A stretch of 59,751 nucleotides of DNA from Actinomycetota bacterium (GCA_046724655.1 JBKOWY010000112.1:1-59751); one strand, 5' to 3'. Positions 9,675-18,304 are shown, numbered from the stretch's first letter. Notes: generated by a model from the letters alone, not told the origin. Made by a program: numbers and translations.

Positions 9675-9684
9675 GGAGTGACTT

Positions 9685-9725
9685 ATGCGCTCCTGAACCT
9701 CGCGATGCGAAGTTCAGGAGCGCAT
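9685..9725. terminator. Perfect 14-bp inverted repeat between convergent genes (putative bidirectional terminator)
   Basis: ATGCGCTCCTGAAC (9685-9698) and GTTCAGGAGCGCAT (9712-9725) flank a 13-nt loop. It lies between the SDR stop (9674) and the peroxiredoxin stop (9731). Confidence 0.6.
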
Positions 9726-9730
9726 CATCG

Positions 9731-10192
9731 TCAGGCGTTCTGCAGCTCGTACAGGTCGGCCAGCACTTCGGCGGGATGCACGGGAATGTCCGAGACCTCA
9801 TACGACTTGCGGATCACACCCTCGGGATCGATGAGGTAGCTGTAGCGCTTCGAGAAGCTGACCTTGTCGGATCCTGGATCCCGCGTCTCGTACTTCACGC
9901 CGACCTGCTCGTCGTAGTCGGACAACAACCGGAACGGGAAGTCGTGCTTCTCGCGGAACGCCTTGTTGGCCTCGGGCGCGTCGAAGCTGATCCCGAGGAT
10001 CTCGCAGTTCATGCTCTCGTAGTCAGCAGCCTGGTCACGCAGGCCTTTCCCCTCGATCGTTCAGCCTGGGGTGTCGGCCATCGGGTACCACCACAGCAGC
10101 ACCCAGCGGCCGCGCAGATCGGAGAGGGTGACGGCGTTCCCGTCCTGGTCCGGGACCGTGAAGTCCGGAGCTTCCGTACCTGGTTGGAGCAC
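9731..10192 (-). CDS. Bcp-type peroxiredoxin with in-frame TGA (10063..10061) at the peroxidatic Cys position: candidate selenoprotein, alternatively a pseudogene
   Basis: Manual translation from GTG 10192 gives VLQPGTEAPDFTVPDQDGNAVTLSDLRGRWVLLWWYPMADTPG[TGA]TIEGKGLRDQAADYESMNCEILGISFD... This is collinear with E. coli Bcp ...YFYPKAMTPGCTVQACGLRD...VLGIS. The ORF track lists only 9731..10012. Confidence 0.7.
10028..10045 (-). other. Candidate SECIS-like hairpin downstream of the in-frame UGA
   Basis: The mRNA reads UGA-N15-GGCCUG CGUGAC CAGGCU: a 6-bp stem (one G-U) and a 6-nt loop containing G/U. The spacing is compatible with bacterial SECIS rules as I recall them. The stem is modest and has not been scored computationally. 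Confidence 0.3.
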
Positions 10193-10194
10193 GT

Positions 10195-11397
10195 CTAAAC
10201 CGCCGCCTTCTCGAGGACGTGCACCGCGCACGCCGAGCCGAGCCCGATCACGTGCGTCAGCCCGACCTTGGCGCCCTCGATCTGGCGATCGCCGGCCTCG
10301 CCCCGCAGGTGCGTTGCGACCTCGTAGAGATTGGCGACCCCCGTCGCGCCGAGCGGATGTCCCTTGGAAATGAGCCCACCAGACACGTTCACGGGGATCT
10401 CACCGTCACGCCACGGGCCCCGCTCCTCGATGAACTTGCCCGCCTCGCCCGGCTTGCACAGCCCGAGGTTGTCGTAATGGATCAGCTCCGCCGTGGCGAA
10501 GCAGTCGTGCAGCTCGACGAGGTCGAGGTCGGACGGCTCGACGCCGGCGGTCTCGTACGCCTCGTTGGCCGCCTGGCGCGTGAGCGTGTTCACGTCCGGC
10601 TGGACCTGATCCGTCTCGGTCCACGGATCAGAGGTCATCACCGACGCCGAGATCTTCACGGCCCGCTTGCGCTGATCGTCGGACACGGTCTTGAGCTTCT
10701 CCTCCGACACCAGCACGAGCGCGGCGCCACCGTCGCCGGTCGGGCAGCACATCAGCAACGTGTTCGGGTACGCCATCATCTCGGCGCCCATGATCTCGTC
10801 GAGCGAGAACTCCTTCTGGTACTGGGCCAGCGGGTTCAGCGTGGAATGGGCATGGTTCTTCTCGGCGACCTTGGCGAACTGCTCGAACCCGACGCCGCCG
10901 TGCTCGTTCGCGTACTCCATGCCGGCTTGCGCGAACACGCCCGGCATCAGAGTCGTGCCGAGCCGGCCCTCGACGCTCATGACCGAGCCGTAGCGCCCCG
11001 ACGGCTCGAACACCTTCTTGTCGGAGCGGGGCGCGCTCCCGAGCAGCCCGGCCTTCCCCATCTTCTCGAGCCCGACGGCAATGCCCATGTCGGCCTCGCC
11101 GGACTTGATCGCCATGTACGCGCAGCGGACGGCGGTGGCGCCCGTCGCGCACGCATTCGCCACGTTGTAGACGGGAATGCCGTTCTGGCCGACCTGCTTC
11201 TGGATGCGCTGACCAACCCCGGTGCTCGCCTCCACGAGGTTCCCGGCCCCCATGACGTCCATGTCGGCCATCGTGACGCCGGCGTCGTCGAGGGCGCCGA
11301 GTGCCGCTTCGGCACCGAGGTCGATGAGGTCCTTGTCGGGATACCGCGTGAACTTCGTCATCGACGCGCCCAGGATCCAGACGTCGCGCTCAGCCAT
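10195..11397 (-). CDS. Thiolase-fold protein (SCP-x/lipid-transfer type acetyl-CoA acetyltransferase family)
   Basis: 400 aa with NVANACATGATAV (active-site Cys region) and C-terminal GHPLGATG, GLGSACA. Its TAG stop lies 2 nt before the peroxiredoxin GTG. Confidence 0.9.
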   Translation of the reverse strand: MAERDVWILGASMTKFTRYPDKDLIDLGAEAALGALDDAGVTMADMDVMGAGNLVEASTGVGQRIQKQVGQNGIPVYNVANACATGATAVRCAYMAIKSGEADMGIAVGLEKMGKAGLLGSAPRSDKKVFEPSGRYGSVMSVEGRLGTTLMPGVFAQAGMEYANEHGGVGFEQFAKVAEKNHAHSTLNPLAQYQKEFSLDEIMGAEMMAYPNTLLMCCPTGDGGAALVLVSEEKLKTVSDDQRKRAVKISASVMTSDPWTETDQVQPDVNTLTRQAANEAYETAGVEPSDLDLVELHDCFATAELIHYDNLGLCKPGEAGKFIEERGPWRDGEIPVNVSGGLISKGHPLGATGVANLYEVATHLRGEAGDRQIEGAKVGLTHVIGLGSACAVHVLEKAAV

Positions 11398-11409
11398 CGC
11401 TCGCTCCCT

Positions 11410-11808
11410 TCACTTCGGCTCGTAGCCGAATTGGATCGCCTCGGCGCCGTCGTCGTCGACGCCGGCCACCATGGTCGTCAGTCGCACTTGCATGCCGAAC
11501 TGCACGTGGTCGGGGTCCGGCTCCACGTTCAGCAGGTTGGCCTTCACGACGCCGCCGCCCGAGAGGTCGACGATGGCCGACACGTACGGCGTCGGCACGC
11601 CCGGCGCCGCCCGGTGCACGATCGTGAAGCTGCGCACCGTGCCGTCGTCGGACAAGCGCTGCTTCGTAAAGGACCGGCCAGCGCACTTGGCGCACGCGTT
11701 GCGGCGATCGAAGTAGAGCGCACCGCAACTGTCGCACCGATTGGCGACCAGATAAGGCGCGCCGTCGTCGAGTACGAGGTAGTCGACGATAGGAACCTGC
11801 TTGCCCAT
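11410..11808 (-). CDS. DUF35-type Zn-ribbon/OB-fold protein (thiolase partner)
   Basis: 132 aa with a CDSCGALYFDRRNACAKCAG zinc ribbon followed by an OB-fold-like region. It lies 12 nt upstream of the thiolase, a classic pairing. Confidence 0.85.
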   Translation of the reverse strand: MGKQVPIVDYLVLDDGAPYLVANRCDSCGALYFDRRNACAKCAGRSFTKQRLSDDGTVRSFTIVHRAAPGVPTPYVSAIVDLSGGGVVKANLLNVEPDPDHVQFGMQVRLTTMVAGVDDDGAEAIQFGYEPK

Positions 11809-11865
11809 TCCCCCTCCTCCGGTTCCCGCACGCTACCGCAGTACCGTCGTGCGAGACTCAGGCGG

Positions 11866-11952
11866 GCGAGCGTGGCGGAACTGGCATACGCGACGGGTTT
11901 AGGACCCGTTGCCCTTCGGGGCTTGGGGGTTCGAGTCCCTCCGCTCGCACCA
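11866..11952 (+). tRNA. tRNA-Leu (anticodon UAG), CCA encoded
   Basis: Hand fold: acceptor GCGAGCG/CGCTCGC, anticodon stem ACGGG/CCCGT with loop TTTAGGA, long variable arm GCCCTTCGGGGC, T arm GGGGG-TTCGAGT-CCCTC, discriminator A plus CCA. Confidence 0.9.
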
Positions 11953-11977
11953 TCTCGGCGCCACCGAGTCGGTCAGT

Positions 11978-12011
11978 GCTGCGGTGGCTCGTGCAAAGCC
12001 AACGTCGCAGC
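11978..12011. terminator. Hairpin downstream of tRNA-Leu and of the convergent small gene
   Basis: GCTGCG...CGCAGC outer stem with inner TGGCT/AGCCA. The loop region GCAAAGCC and the CGTCGC arm resemble the 3' hairpin module of the interspersed repeat family. Confidence 0.4.
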
Positions 12012-12041
12012 TGAGGGTGCCGCGGGGGGAGGGCTGCCCTC

Positions 12042-12377
12042 TTACCTCTTCTTCTTCCGACGGAACAGGCGCTTCTTGCGGCTCTTCTTCTCGAACTCGG
12101 AGAGAACGTCGGGCGCGGCCATGTTGACGATGTCTTCGGCCTCGTCGAGCACCGAAGCCACGTCTTTGCCCTCGGGCTCTTTTTCGGGCGGCTTCGCCGA
12201 ATCGCCGAGGCTGCCGTACTGCCACCCGGCGTCCCACCGGCGCTTCTCGAACTTGGGACAGTTGTCGGGGCAGCGCCAAGGCGCGTCGGGCGCGAGGTCG
12301 AGCCGGCACTTCCGGACGGTCTCGCCGCCCGGATAGGTGCGGCTCTCGTAGTGACGGCAGTCGGTCCGCATCGGCAT
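12042..12377 (-). CDS. Conserved hypothetical Cys4 protein with acidic middle and polybasic tail
   Basis: ORF track 12042..12386 (TTG). ATG at 12377 or 12371 is more likely. Sequence MPMRTDCRHYESRTYPGGETVRKCRLDLAPDAPWRCPDNCPKFEKRRWD has four Cys. The C-terminus is KKSRKKRLFRRKKKR. Third-position GC is high. Confidence 0.6.
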   Translation of the reverse strand: MPMRTDCRHYESRTYPGGETVRKCRLDLAPDAPWRCPDNCPKFEKRRWDAGWQYGSLGDSAKPPEKEPEGKDVASVLDEAEDIVNMAAPDVLSEFEKKSRKKRLFRRKKKR

Positions 12378-12441
12378 GACCGCCAATCTACCGGAGCGCC
12401 TCTCGAAAGCGGCGCGGCTCGGCGCGCTTCACAGCCAGCTC

Positions 12442-12999
12442 TCAGGACAGCCAGTCGGGCGCGCCGGCGAGCAGGTAGCGACTCACGGCGAGGCAACGTT
12501 CGAGCACGTCGCACGACACCGCGTCGCCGTCTCGGATGTGCAGCAGGGACACCTGCTGGTGGCCGATGATGCGCAGCGAGCGTTCGGGCGCGTCGGTGGC
12601 GGCCGGGATCGAGTCGATGGCCGACACCTCCAGCGGCAGCTCCGGTCCGCCCAGACCGGCGAGCTCGGTCGCCAGCACGAGGAGATCGGGACCGTGAGGC
12701 AGAGGAGGAAGCGCCCACGTGAACGTCATCGGGAACCGAAAGTCGTCGGGGGGATCATCGCTCTCGGGCCGGCCCATCACGGCGTCCTCGAAGCCGAGCA
12801 GGATCCGCGGGTCGACCTCGAGTGACAGGTACAGGTCGACGGGCCCTTCGCACCCCTCCTCGGGGTGCATGTCGACCTCCCAGGTCTGACGGAGCGAGTA
12901 GCTCTCGACGAAGTGCCGCTCGTCGTGCACGTGGAAGCCGTGCTCGACCGCGTGATCCTTCAGGTCGGCGACAAACCCGGCGACGTCGATGACGGCCAT
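12442..12999 (-). CDS. Hypothetical protein
   Basis: 185 aa, ATG start 6 nt after the rdgB stop, coding-like codon bias. I do not recognise a family. Confidence 0.55.
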   Translation of the reverse strand: MAVIDVAGFVADLKDHAVEHGFHVHDERHFVESYSLRQTWEVDMHPEEGCEGPVDLYLSLEVDPRILLGFEDAVMGRPESDDPPDDFRFPMTFTWALPPLPHGPDLLVLATELAGLGGPELPLEVSAIDSIPAATDAPERSLRIIGHQQVSLLHIRDGDAVSCDVLERCLAVSRYLLAGAPDWLS

Positions 13000-13005
13000 C
13001 TCGCC

Positions 13006-13617
13006 CTAACGGTCCTCCGTCTCCTGGATCACGCGCAGCCCCTGGGCCAGCGTCCCGAATGCCCGCGCCCGGTGGGACAGTGCGTGCTTCTCCGCTTCGG
13101 TCATCTCCGCAAAGGTACGACCGTCGCCCTCGAGCGGTACGAAGACGGGGTCGTACCCGAAGCCACCCTGCCCGCGGGTGTCGGTGGCGATGACGCCCTC
13201 GACCTCGCCCAAGGCAGCCACTTCGAGCCCGTCGGGCCAGCGAGCGACGGCGACGGTCGCGAAGCGCGCCGTGCGCCGCTCGACCGGCACACCGGCCAGC
13301 TCGTCGAGGAGCTTCTTGACGTTGTCCGCGTACGTGGCGGCTTCGCCGGCGTATCGCGCCGTGTGCACGCCCGGCCCGCCGTCGAGCGCGTCGACGTGCA
13401 AGCCGGTGTCATCGGCGATGGCCGGGAGGGCGGTCACCGCGGAGAGGGCGACCGCCTTCATGCGCGCGTTGTCCTCGAGGGTGTCGCCGACTTCCGGCAC
13501 GTCGGGGACGTCGGCGGGGCGACCTTCGAGCTCGACGTCGGGCGCCGCGTGGGCAAGGAGCGCGACGATCTCGCGGGCCTTGTCGGGGTTCGCAGTCGCG
13601 AGCACGAATTTGGTCAC
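13006..13617 (-). CDS. rdgB: Non-canonical purine NTP pyrophosphatase (RdgB/HAM1)
   Basis: 203 aa with [48 protein letters not shown]. It overlaps the rph stop by 4 nt. Confidence 0.9.
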   Translation of the reverse strand: MTKFVLATANPDKAREIVALLAHAAPDVELEGRPADVPDVPEVGDTLEDNARMKAVALSAVTALPAIADDTGLHVDALDGGPGVHTARYAGEAATYADNVKKLLDELAGVPVERRTARFATVAVARWPDGLEVAALGEVEGVIATDTRGQGGFGYDPVFVPLEGDGRTFAEMTEAEKHALSHRARAFGTLAQGLRVIQETEDR

Positions 13618-14366
13618 TGTGTGCGCGACGGACGCGGCGCCGGGGGCTCCGCGAGCGCCGCCTTCTCGAGCTCGAAGAGCTCGAAGATCCCCTTCTCGGC
13701 CAGGGCCAAGAGGTCGTCGAGCTCGGACCGCGAGAAAGGCGTCCCTTCGGCGGTGCCTTGCACCTCGATGAACCGACCGGCCCCCGTCATGACGACGTTC
13801 ATGTCGACCTCGGCCCGCACGTCCTCGGAGTAGTCGAGGTCGAGATGTGGGAGCGCGTCCACGACGCCGACCGAGACCGCGGCGCAGGCCTCTTTGATGG
13901 GATGGGCGGCGATCGTCCCTGCCGCGACCATCCTCGTGAACGCATCATGGAGCGCGACGTACCCGCCGCAGATCGCCGCCGTGCGCGTGCCGCCGTCGGC
14001 TTGGAGGACGTCGCAGTCGACCGTGATCTGGAGCTCGGGAATCATTTCCAGGTCGGTGACGGCGCGCAGCGACCGTCCGATGAGCCGCTGGATCTCCTGG
14101 GTCCGCCCCGACTGACGCCCGCGGGCGGCTTCCCGGTCCGATCGCTCGACGGTCGACCCCGGCAGCATCGAGTACTCGGCGGTCACCCAGCCCCGTCCCG
14201 TGCCCCGTAGCCACGGCGGGACGCGCTCCTCCAATGACGCCGTGCACAACACGCGGGTCTGTCCGAAGTCGACCAGCGTCGAGCCGGTGGCGAAGTCGGT
14301 GAAGTCGCGCACGAACGACACCGGTCGCAGCTCGTTCGGTTCCCGACCGTCCCGTCGAATCCCCAT
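13614..14366 (-). CDS. rph: Ribonuclease PH
   Basis: 250 aa with [51 protein letters not shown]. Confidence 0.95.
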   Translation of the reverse strand: MGIRRDGREPNELRPVSFVRDFTDFATGSTLVDFGQTRVLCTASLEERVPPWLRGTGRGWVTAEYSMLPGSTVERSDREAARGRQSGRTQEIQRLIGRSLRAVTDLEMIPELQITVDCDVLQADGGTRTAAICGGYVALHDAFTRMVAAGTIAAHPIKEACAAVSVGVVDALPHLDLDYSEDVRAEVDMNVVMTGAGRFIEVQGTAEGTPFSRSELDDLLALAEKGIFELFELEKAALAEPPAPRPSRTQ

Positions 14367-14384
14367 CGTCCTCAGAGCGTCTTT

Positions 14385-15119
14385 CTACACGCGCGTCACG
14401 AGGTGCGGTTTTGCGAGCACCGCTGGTTCACCGAACGCCTCGCTGCCCTCGGCCGCCGACAGCGCCGGGTCGAACGTGGGCCAGATGTGCGTCAGCATGA
14501 GCCGGGACGCCTTCGCTTCGCGGGCGGCAAGGCCGGCTTCGCGCGCGGTGAGGTGCCAAGGCACGCCCTTGTGCCCTTCCTGGTAGGTCGCTTCCGACAC
14601 GACGAGGTCGGCGCCGGCGCCGAACGCGTCGACGGTCCATCCGGGACCGGTGTCGGCCGTGTACACGAGGCGTTTGCCGTCGGCGCTGAGCTCGACGGCA
14701 TAGGTGGGCGGCGGATGATCCGTGCGGGCGAAGCGCAGAGCCATGTCCCCGATCTCGACGCCGTCGCCGTCGCCGACGACCTTCCAGTCGAACGCATCGC
14801 CCCAGCTGTCGACGACACCTCCCAGCCGCTCCTCGAGCCCTTCGGGCGCGAACAGCGGGAGGCCGGCGCGCTTCACCCCGTAGCGCATGACGACGTGCAG
14901 CCCATAGATGTCGGCGCAGTGGTCGGGGTGCTGGTGCGTGATCACCAGCGCGTCTACCTCGTCGATCGCGGCGTGCTCCTGCAGATGGGGAAGGGTTCCG
15001 TTGCCGCAGTCGACCCACACGGTCGCTCGCCCGCCGCGCACGAGGTAGCCGCTACAGGCACCGAACGGAGGCGCGCCGTACGAGCCCGAGCAGCCGAGCA
15101 CGGTCAGCTCCACTCCCAC
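14385..15119 (-). CDS. MBL-fold metallo-hydrolase
   Basis: 244 aa with the ITHQHPDHCADI (HxHxDH) motif. GTG at 15119 or 15113. It overlaps the murI 3' end. Confidence 0.85.
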   Translation of the reverse strand: MGVELTVLGCSGSYGAPPFGACSGYLVRGGRATVWVDCGNGTLPHLQEHAAIDEVDALVITHQHPDHCADIYGLHVVMRYGVKRAGLPLFAPEGLEERLGGVVDSWGDAFDWKVVGDGDGVEIGDMALRFARTDHPPPTYAVELSADGKRLVYTADTGPGWTVDAFGAGADLVVSEATYQEGHKGVPWHLTAREAGLAAREAKASRLMLTHIWPTFDPALSAAEGSEAFGEPAVLAKPHLVTRV

Positions 15120-15907
15120 GCCTCCACGGTCTCGACTTCCGGCCCCAGGAACCGTGCTCCCAGGGTGCGGAAGGTCGTGAGATCACCGCTCGTGAGGAAC
15201 ACACGCCGGGGTGGTTCTAATCCACTCGGCCGGGCGTGGCCCGCGCCACCGAGCAACAGGCGTACCTCGAACGCGGTCTCATCGGCGCTCGAGACGAGCA
15301 CGACGTTGCGCCCCATCACGTCGCCAATGGTGCGCGCGAGCAGCGGATAGTGCGTGCACCCCAGGACCAGCGTGTCGACCTCGGCGGCGCGCACCGGAGC
15401 GAGCAGCCGCTCGGCCAGCACGTGCACCTCCTCCGAATCGACGTCGCCGGCCTCGACGAACTCGGCGAAGCCCGGACACGCCGCGCACGTCAGCCTGATC
15501 GCGGCCCCGCTGGCGCCGGCGGCGCGTTGGTACGCACCCGAGGCGATCGTGCCGACCGTGCCGATGACACCAATGCGTCCCAACTCTGTGACCTTCACCG
15601 CCGCGCGCAATCCGGGCTCGATCACGCCGATCACCGGAACGTCGTATGCACGGCGGAGGTCGCCGAGGGCGACCGACGACACACGGTTGCAGGCGACGAC
15701 GAGCATCTTCATGTCCTGGTCGGCGAGGAGATCGGCCATCTCCAGGGCGTACTTCGTGACGTCGCGGTCGGGCTTGGGACCGTACGGGAACCGCCCCGTG
15801 TCGCCGAAGTACACGAAGGGCTCATCGGGCAGGAGATCGATCAGGGCGCGAAGCACCGTGAGACCACCGAGCCCGGAGTCGATCACGGCGATCGGTCGCT
15901 CGCTCAT
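15104..15907 (-). CDS. murI: Glutamate racemase
   Basis: 267 aa with IAVIDSGLGGLTV, FVYFGDTGRFPYGPK, VVACNRVS, VLGCTHYPLL. ATGA overlap with the upstream gene. Confidence 0.95.
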   Translation of the reverse strand: MSERPIAVIDSGLGGLTVLRALIDLLPDEPFVYFGDTGRFPYGPKPDRDVTKYALEMADLLADQDMKMLVVACNRVSSVALGDLRRAYDVPVIGVIEPGLRAAVKVTELGRIGVIGTVGTIASGAYQRAAGASGAAIRLTCAACPGFAEFVEAGDVDSEEVHVLAERLLAPVRAAEVDTLVLGCTHYPLLARTIGDVMGRNVVLVSSADETAFEVRLLLGGAGHARPSGLEPPRRVFLTSGDLTTFRTLGARFLGPEVETVEAWEWS

Positions 15908-16929
15908 GGGCCTCCTCGACCCGCCGCTCGTCGGAGCCGGTCTCGGACGGCGGCGCCGACACCCTCGTCGGGCGGGAGGACCGCGAGCACGACGTCGACC
16001 CCGAGCCGGTCGGCCTCACGGAGCCGCGAATACAGCACCCGCGCGTACTCGTCGATGTTCCCGGGCGCCTCGAGCACGATGGCGTCGCCCGGCAGGGACG
16101 GCAGCCTCCCGGTTGCCAGCACCGCGACCCGCTGGCCTGCCTCGATGCAGCGCTCCGCCCGCAGACCGAGCTCCCGACGGTCGACGAGCAGGACCGTCGC
16201 CTCGGGCGAGTAGTGCGACTTGAGCGTGCCGGGCGCGCGCACGAGGCCGTCACGCCGCACCGGCACCGACTGTTCAGTGATCACTTCGATGCGCTCGCGC
16301 GAGACGCCGCCCGGGCGCAGGATCACCGGCTCGGCGCCGGTGCAGTCCACGATCGTCGACTCCACGCCCACCGAGCACGGCCCGTCGTCGAGCACGACGT
16401 CGACGTCACCGCCGAGGTCGGCGCGCACATCTTCGGCCGTCGTGGGGCTCACGCGTCCGAAGCGGTTCGCCGAGGGCGCCGCGATGCCATGTCCAAAGGC
16501 GCGGAGTAGCGCGAGAGCCACGGGCTGGTCCGGCACCCGCACCCCGACCGTTTCGCCGCCGCCAGTGACGGCATCGGGAACACGCGCGGCGCGCCGCACG
16601 ACGATCGTGAGCGGCCCGGGCCATAGTTCGTCCGCCAGCCGTCGCGCCGCCGGCGGGACTTCGACGGCCCACTCCTCGAGCTGCCGGGGCGTGGCGACGT
16701 GGACGATCGCCGGGTGGTCGCGCGGCCGGCCCTTGACCGCGTACAGGCGAGCGAGCGCGTCGATATTCGTCGCGTCGGCACCGAGCCCGTAGACGGTCTC
16801 GGTGGGGAAAGCCACCAGGCCGCCGCGGCGGAGCGCCTCGACGGCCCGGGCAATGTCGGCGTTGGTCGCCACTGGACAACCATTGTCCCTCAGCTGTGGC
16901 CTCGAAGGGGCGAGGGTGACATCAGGCAC
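15904..16929 (-). CDS. tsaC: L-threonylcarbamoyladenylate synthase (Sua5/TsaC type)
   Basis: ORF track 15904..17043, but that start overlaps cysM. LVAFPTETVYGLGADATN and SANRFGRVSPT (YrdC domain) plus a C-terminal Sua5 domain. GTG at 16929 is the first start after the cysM stop; the start is uncertain. Confidence 0.8.
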   Translation of the reverse strand: MPDVTLAPSRPQLRDNGCPVATNADIARAVEALRRGGLVAFPTETVYGLGADATNIDALARLYAVKGRPRDHPAIVHVATPRQLEEWAVEVPPAARRLADELWPGPLTIVVRRAARVPDAVTGGGETVGVRVPDQPVALALLRAFGHGIAAPSANRFGRVSPTTAEDVRADLGGDVDVVLDDGPCSVGVESTIVDCTGAEPVILRPGGVSRERIEVITEQSVPVRRDGLVRAPGTLKSHYSPEATVLLVDRRELGLRAERCIEAGQRVAVLATGRLPSLPGDAIVLEAPGNIDEYARVLYSRLREADRLGVDVVLAVLPPDEGVGAAVRDRLRRAAGRGGP

Positions 16930-16961
16930 GGTGCAGAGCTTGGACGTCGGCGGCCGCCCGT

Positions 16962-17897
16962 TTACCAGTAATTGATTCGGGTCGCCCGTTCCGTGGCGAC
17001 GTCGATGTCGTCGGTCCAAGCGCCCGAGGAGAGGTACTTCCATCCCGCGTCAGGGACGAGCGTGACGATTGTTCCCGCGTCCATCGTCGCCGCCATCTTC
17101 GCCGCGCCGGCGACGACGGCCCCCGACGAGATGCCGGCGAAGATACTGCACTCGTTGAGCAAGCGGCGCGTCCACTCGATCGACTCGCGCGGTCGAACGA
17201 TGAACTTCCGGTCCAACACCTCCGGATCGAAGATCGGCGGCACGAACCCGTCGTCCAGCGAGCGCAGTCCTTGTACGAGCTCGCCCGCCGGTGGCTCGAC
17301 CGCGACCACGCGTACGCCCGGCTTCTGTTCCTTCAGGTACCTTCCGACGCCCATCAGCGTGCCGCTCGTCCCGAGGCCGGCGACGAACACGTCGACCTCG
17401 GGGCAGTCGCGCAGGATCTCGGGCCCGGTTGTCGCGTAGTGCGCTTCCGGGTTCGCAGGGTTGCCGTACTGGAACAGCATCACGAGCGACGGGTCGTCGG
17501 CGGCGAGCTTCTCGGCCACACGGATCGCGCCGTTGCTGCCCTCCTCCCCCGGCGACCGGATCACCTCTGCGCCGAAGATCTCCAGGAGCTGACGGCGTTC
17601 CTCGGAGACGTTCTCGGGCAGGACGACGCGCAACCGGTAGCCCTTCATCTTGGCGACGAGCGCGAGGCCGATGCCCGTGTTCCCGGAGGACGGCTCCAGG
17701 ATGGTGTCGCCCGGTTTGAGCACGCCTTCCCGCTCGGCCGCGTTCACCATCCACAGCGCGATGCGATCCTTCATCGAGCCGCCCGGGTTCTGGCCTTCGA
17801 GCTTGGTGTAGATGCGCACCGCCGGGTTCGGCGAGAGCGTGTGGATGCCGACGAGAGGCGTGTTGCCGATGCAGTCGAGGATCGACTCGTACCTCAT
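16962..17897 (-). CDS. cysM: Cysteine synthase, CysM-like (sulfur-carrier dependent type by context)
   Basis: 311 aa with NPGGSMKDR (PLP Lys), SSGNTGIGLA, GTSGTLMGVG. It lies downstream of cysO/mec as in M. tuberculosis Rv1334-1336. Confidence 0.88.
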   Translation of the reverse strand: MRYESILDCIGNTPLVGIHTLSPNPAVRIYTKLEGQNPGGSMKDRIALWMVNAAEREGVLKPGDTILEPSSGNTGIGLALVAKMKGYRLRVVLPENVSEERRQLLEIFGAEVIRSPGEEGSNGAIRVAEKLAADDPSLVMLFQYGNPANPEAHYATTGPEILRDCPEVDVFVAGLGTSGTLMGVGRYLKEQKPGVRVVAVEPPAGELVQGLRSLDDGFVPPIFDPEVLDRKFIVRPRESIEWTRRLLNECSIFAGISSGAVVAGAAKMAATMDAGTIVTLVPDAGWKYLSSGAWTDDIDVATERATRINYW

Positions 17898-17904
17898 ATC
17901 ACTG

Positions 17905-17963
17905 GTCGCCGTCGCAGGCTCCGGCTCCTGCGACGACGATCGGCAATGCCGTCCTCGTCGCGG
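17905..17963 (+). repeat. Interspersed structured repeat, copy F (diverged)
   Basis: GTCGCCGTCGCAGGCTCCGGCTCCTGCGACGACGATCGGCAATGCCGTCCTCGTCGCGG. It lies in the cysO-cysM spacer, 7 nt before the cysM start. The 3' hairpin is kept as GCGACGA/TCGTCGC. Confidence 0.75.
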
Positions 17964-17977
17964 CCATCAGGCCCTGC

Positions 17978-18253
17978 CTATCCCCCGGCGACCGCGGGGA
18001 GGATCGAGACGACGTCGCCGTCGGTCAGCTTGGTGTCGAGCTGGTCGAGGTACCGGACGTCGTCGTCGTTGCGGTACACGTTGACGAACTTCCGCAGGCT
18101 GCCCGAGTCGTCGACGAGCTGCTCGGAGATGCCCGGGTAGCGGACCGCGAGCTCGGCGAAGACTTCGCCCACGGTGCCTTCGGGGGCCGTCACCGACGTC
18201 GCGCCACCGGCGAGCGGGCGCAGCTGCGTCGGCAAACGGACTTCGACGGGCAC
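17978..18253 (-). CDS. cysO: MoaD/ThiS-family sulfur carrier protein (CysO-like), C-terminal GG
   Basis: 91 aa ending ...ILPAVAGG. GTG start. It sits between the JAMM protease and cysM. Confidence 0.85.
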   Translation of the reverse strand: MPVEVRLPTQLRPLAGGATSVTAPEGTVGEVFAELAVRYPGISEQLVDDSGSLRKFVNVYRNDDDVRYLDQLDTKLTDGDVVSILPAVAGG

Positions 18254-18304
18254 GCCGTCAGTCTACAAGTCGACCTGTACGGTCCGGATTTCCGCGGCTT
18301 CCCA

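Noticed and set aside
9731-10012. Treating the tracked 93-aa ORF as a stand-alone small thioredoxin-fold gene.
   Set aside because: It begins in the middle of the Prx fold. The upstream 60 codons in the same frame supply the missing N-terminal half and are interrupted only by the single TGA.
10219-12336. Very long ORFs with no recognisable protein features, for example 10219..12336 (+, 705 aa), 19643..21256 (+), 26497..28560 (+), 44925..46133 (+), 51010..52968 (+), 778..2043 (+), 47153..49105 (-) and 55207..56691 (-).
   Set aside because: They lie antisense to, or out of frame with, genes that have clear family motifs. They are Arg/Pro/Gly/Ala-rich low-complexity translations and cross a tRNA or intergenic DNA. 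These are classic high-GC shadow ORFs.
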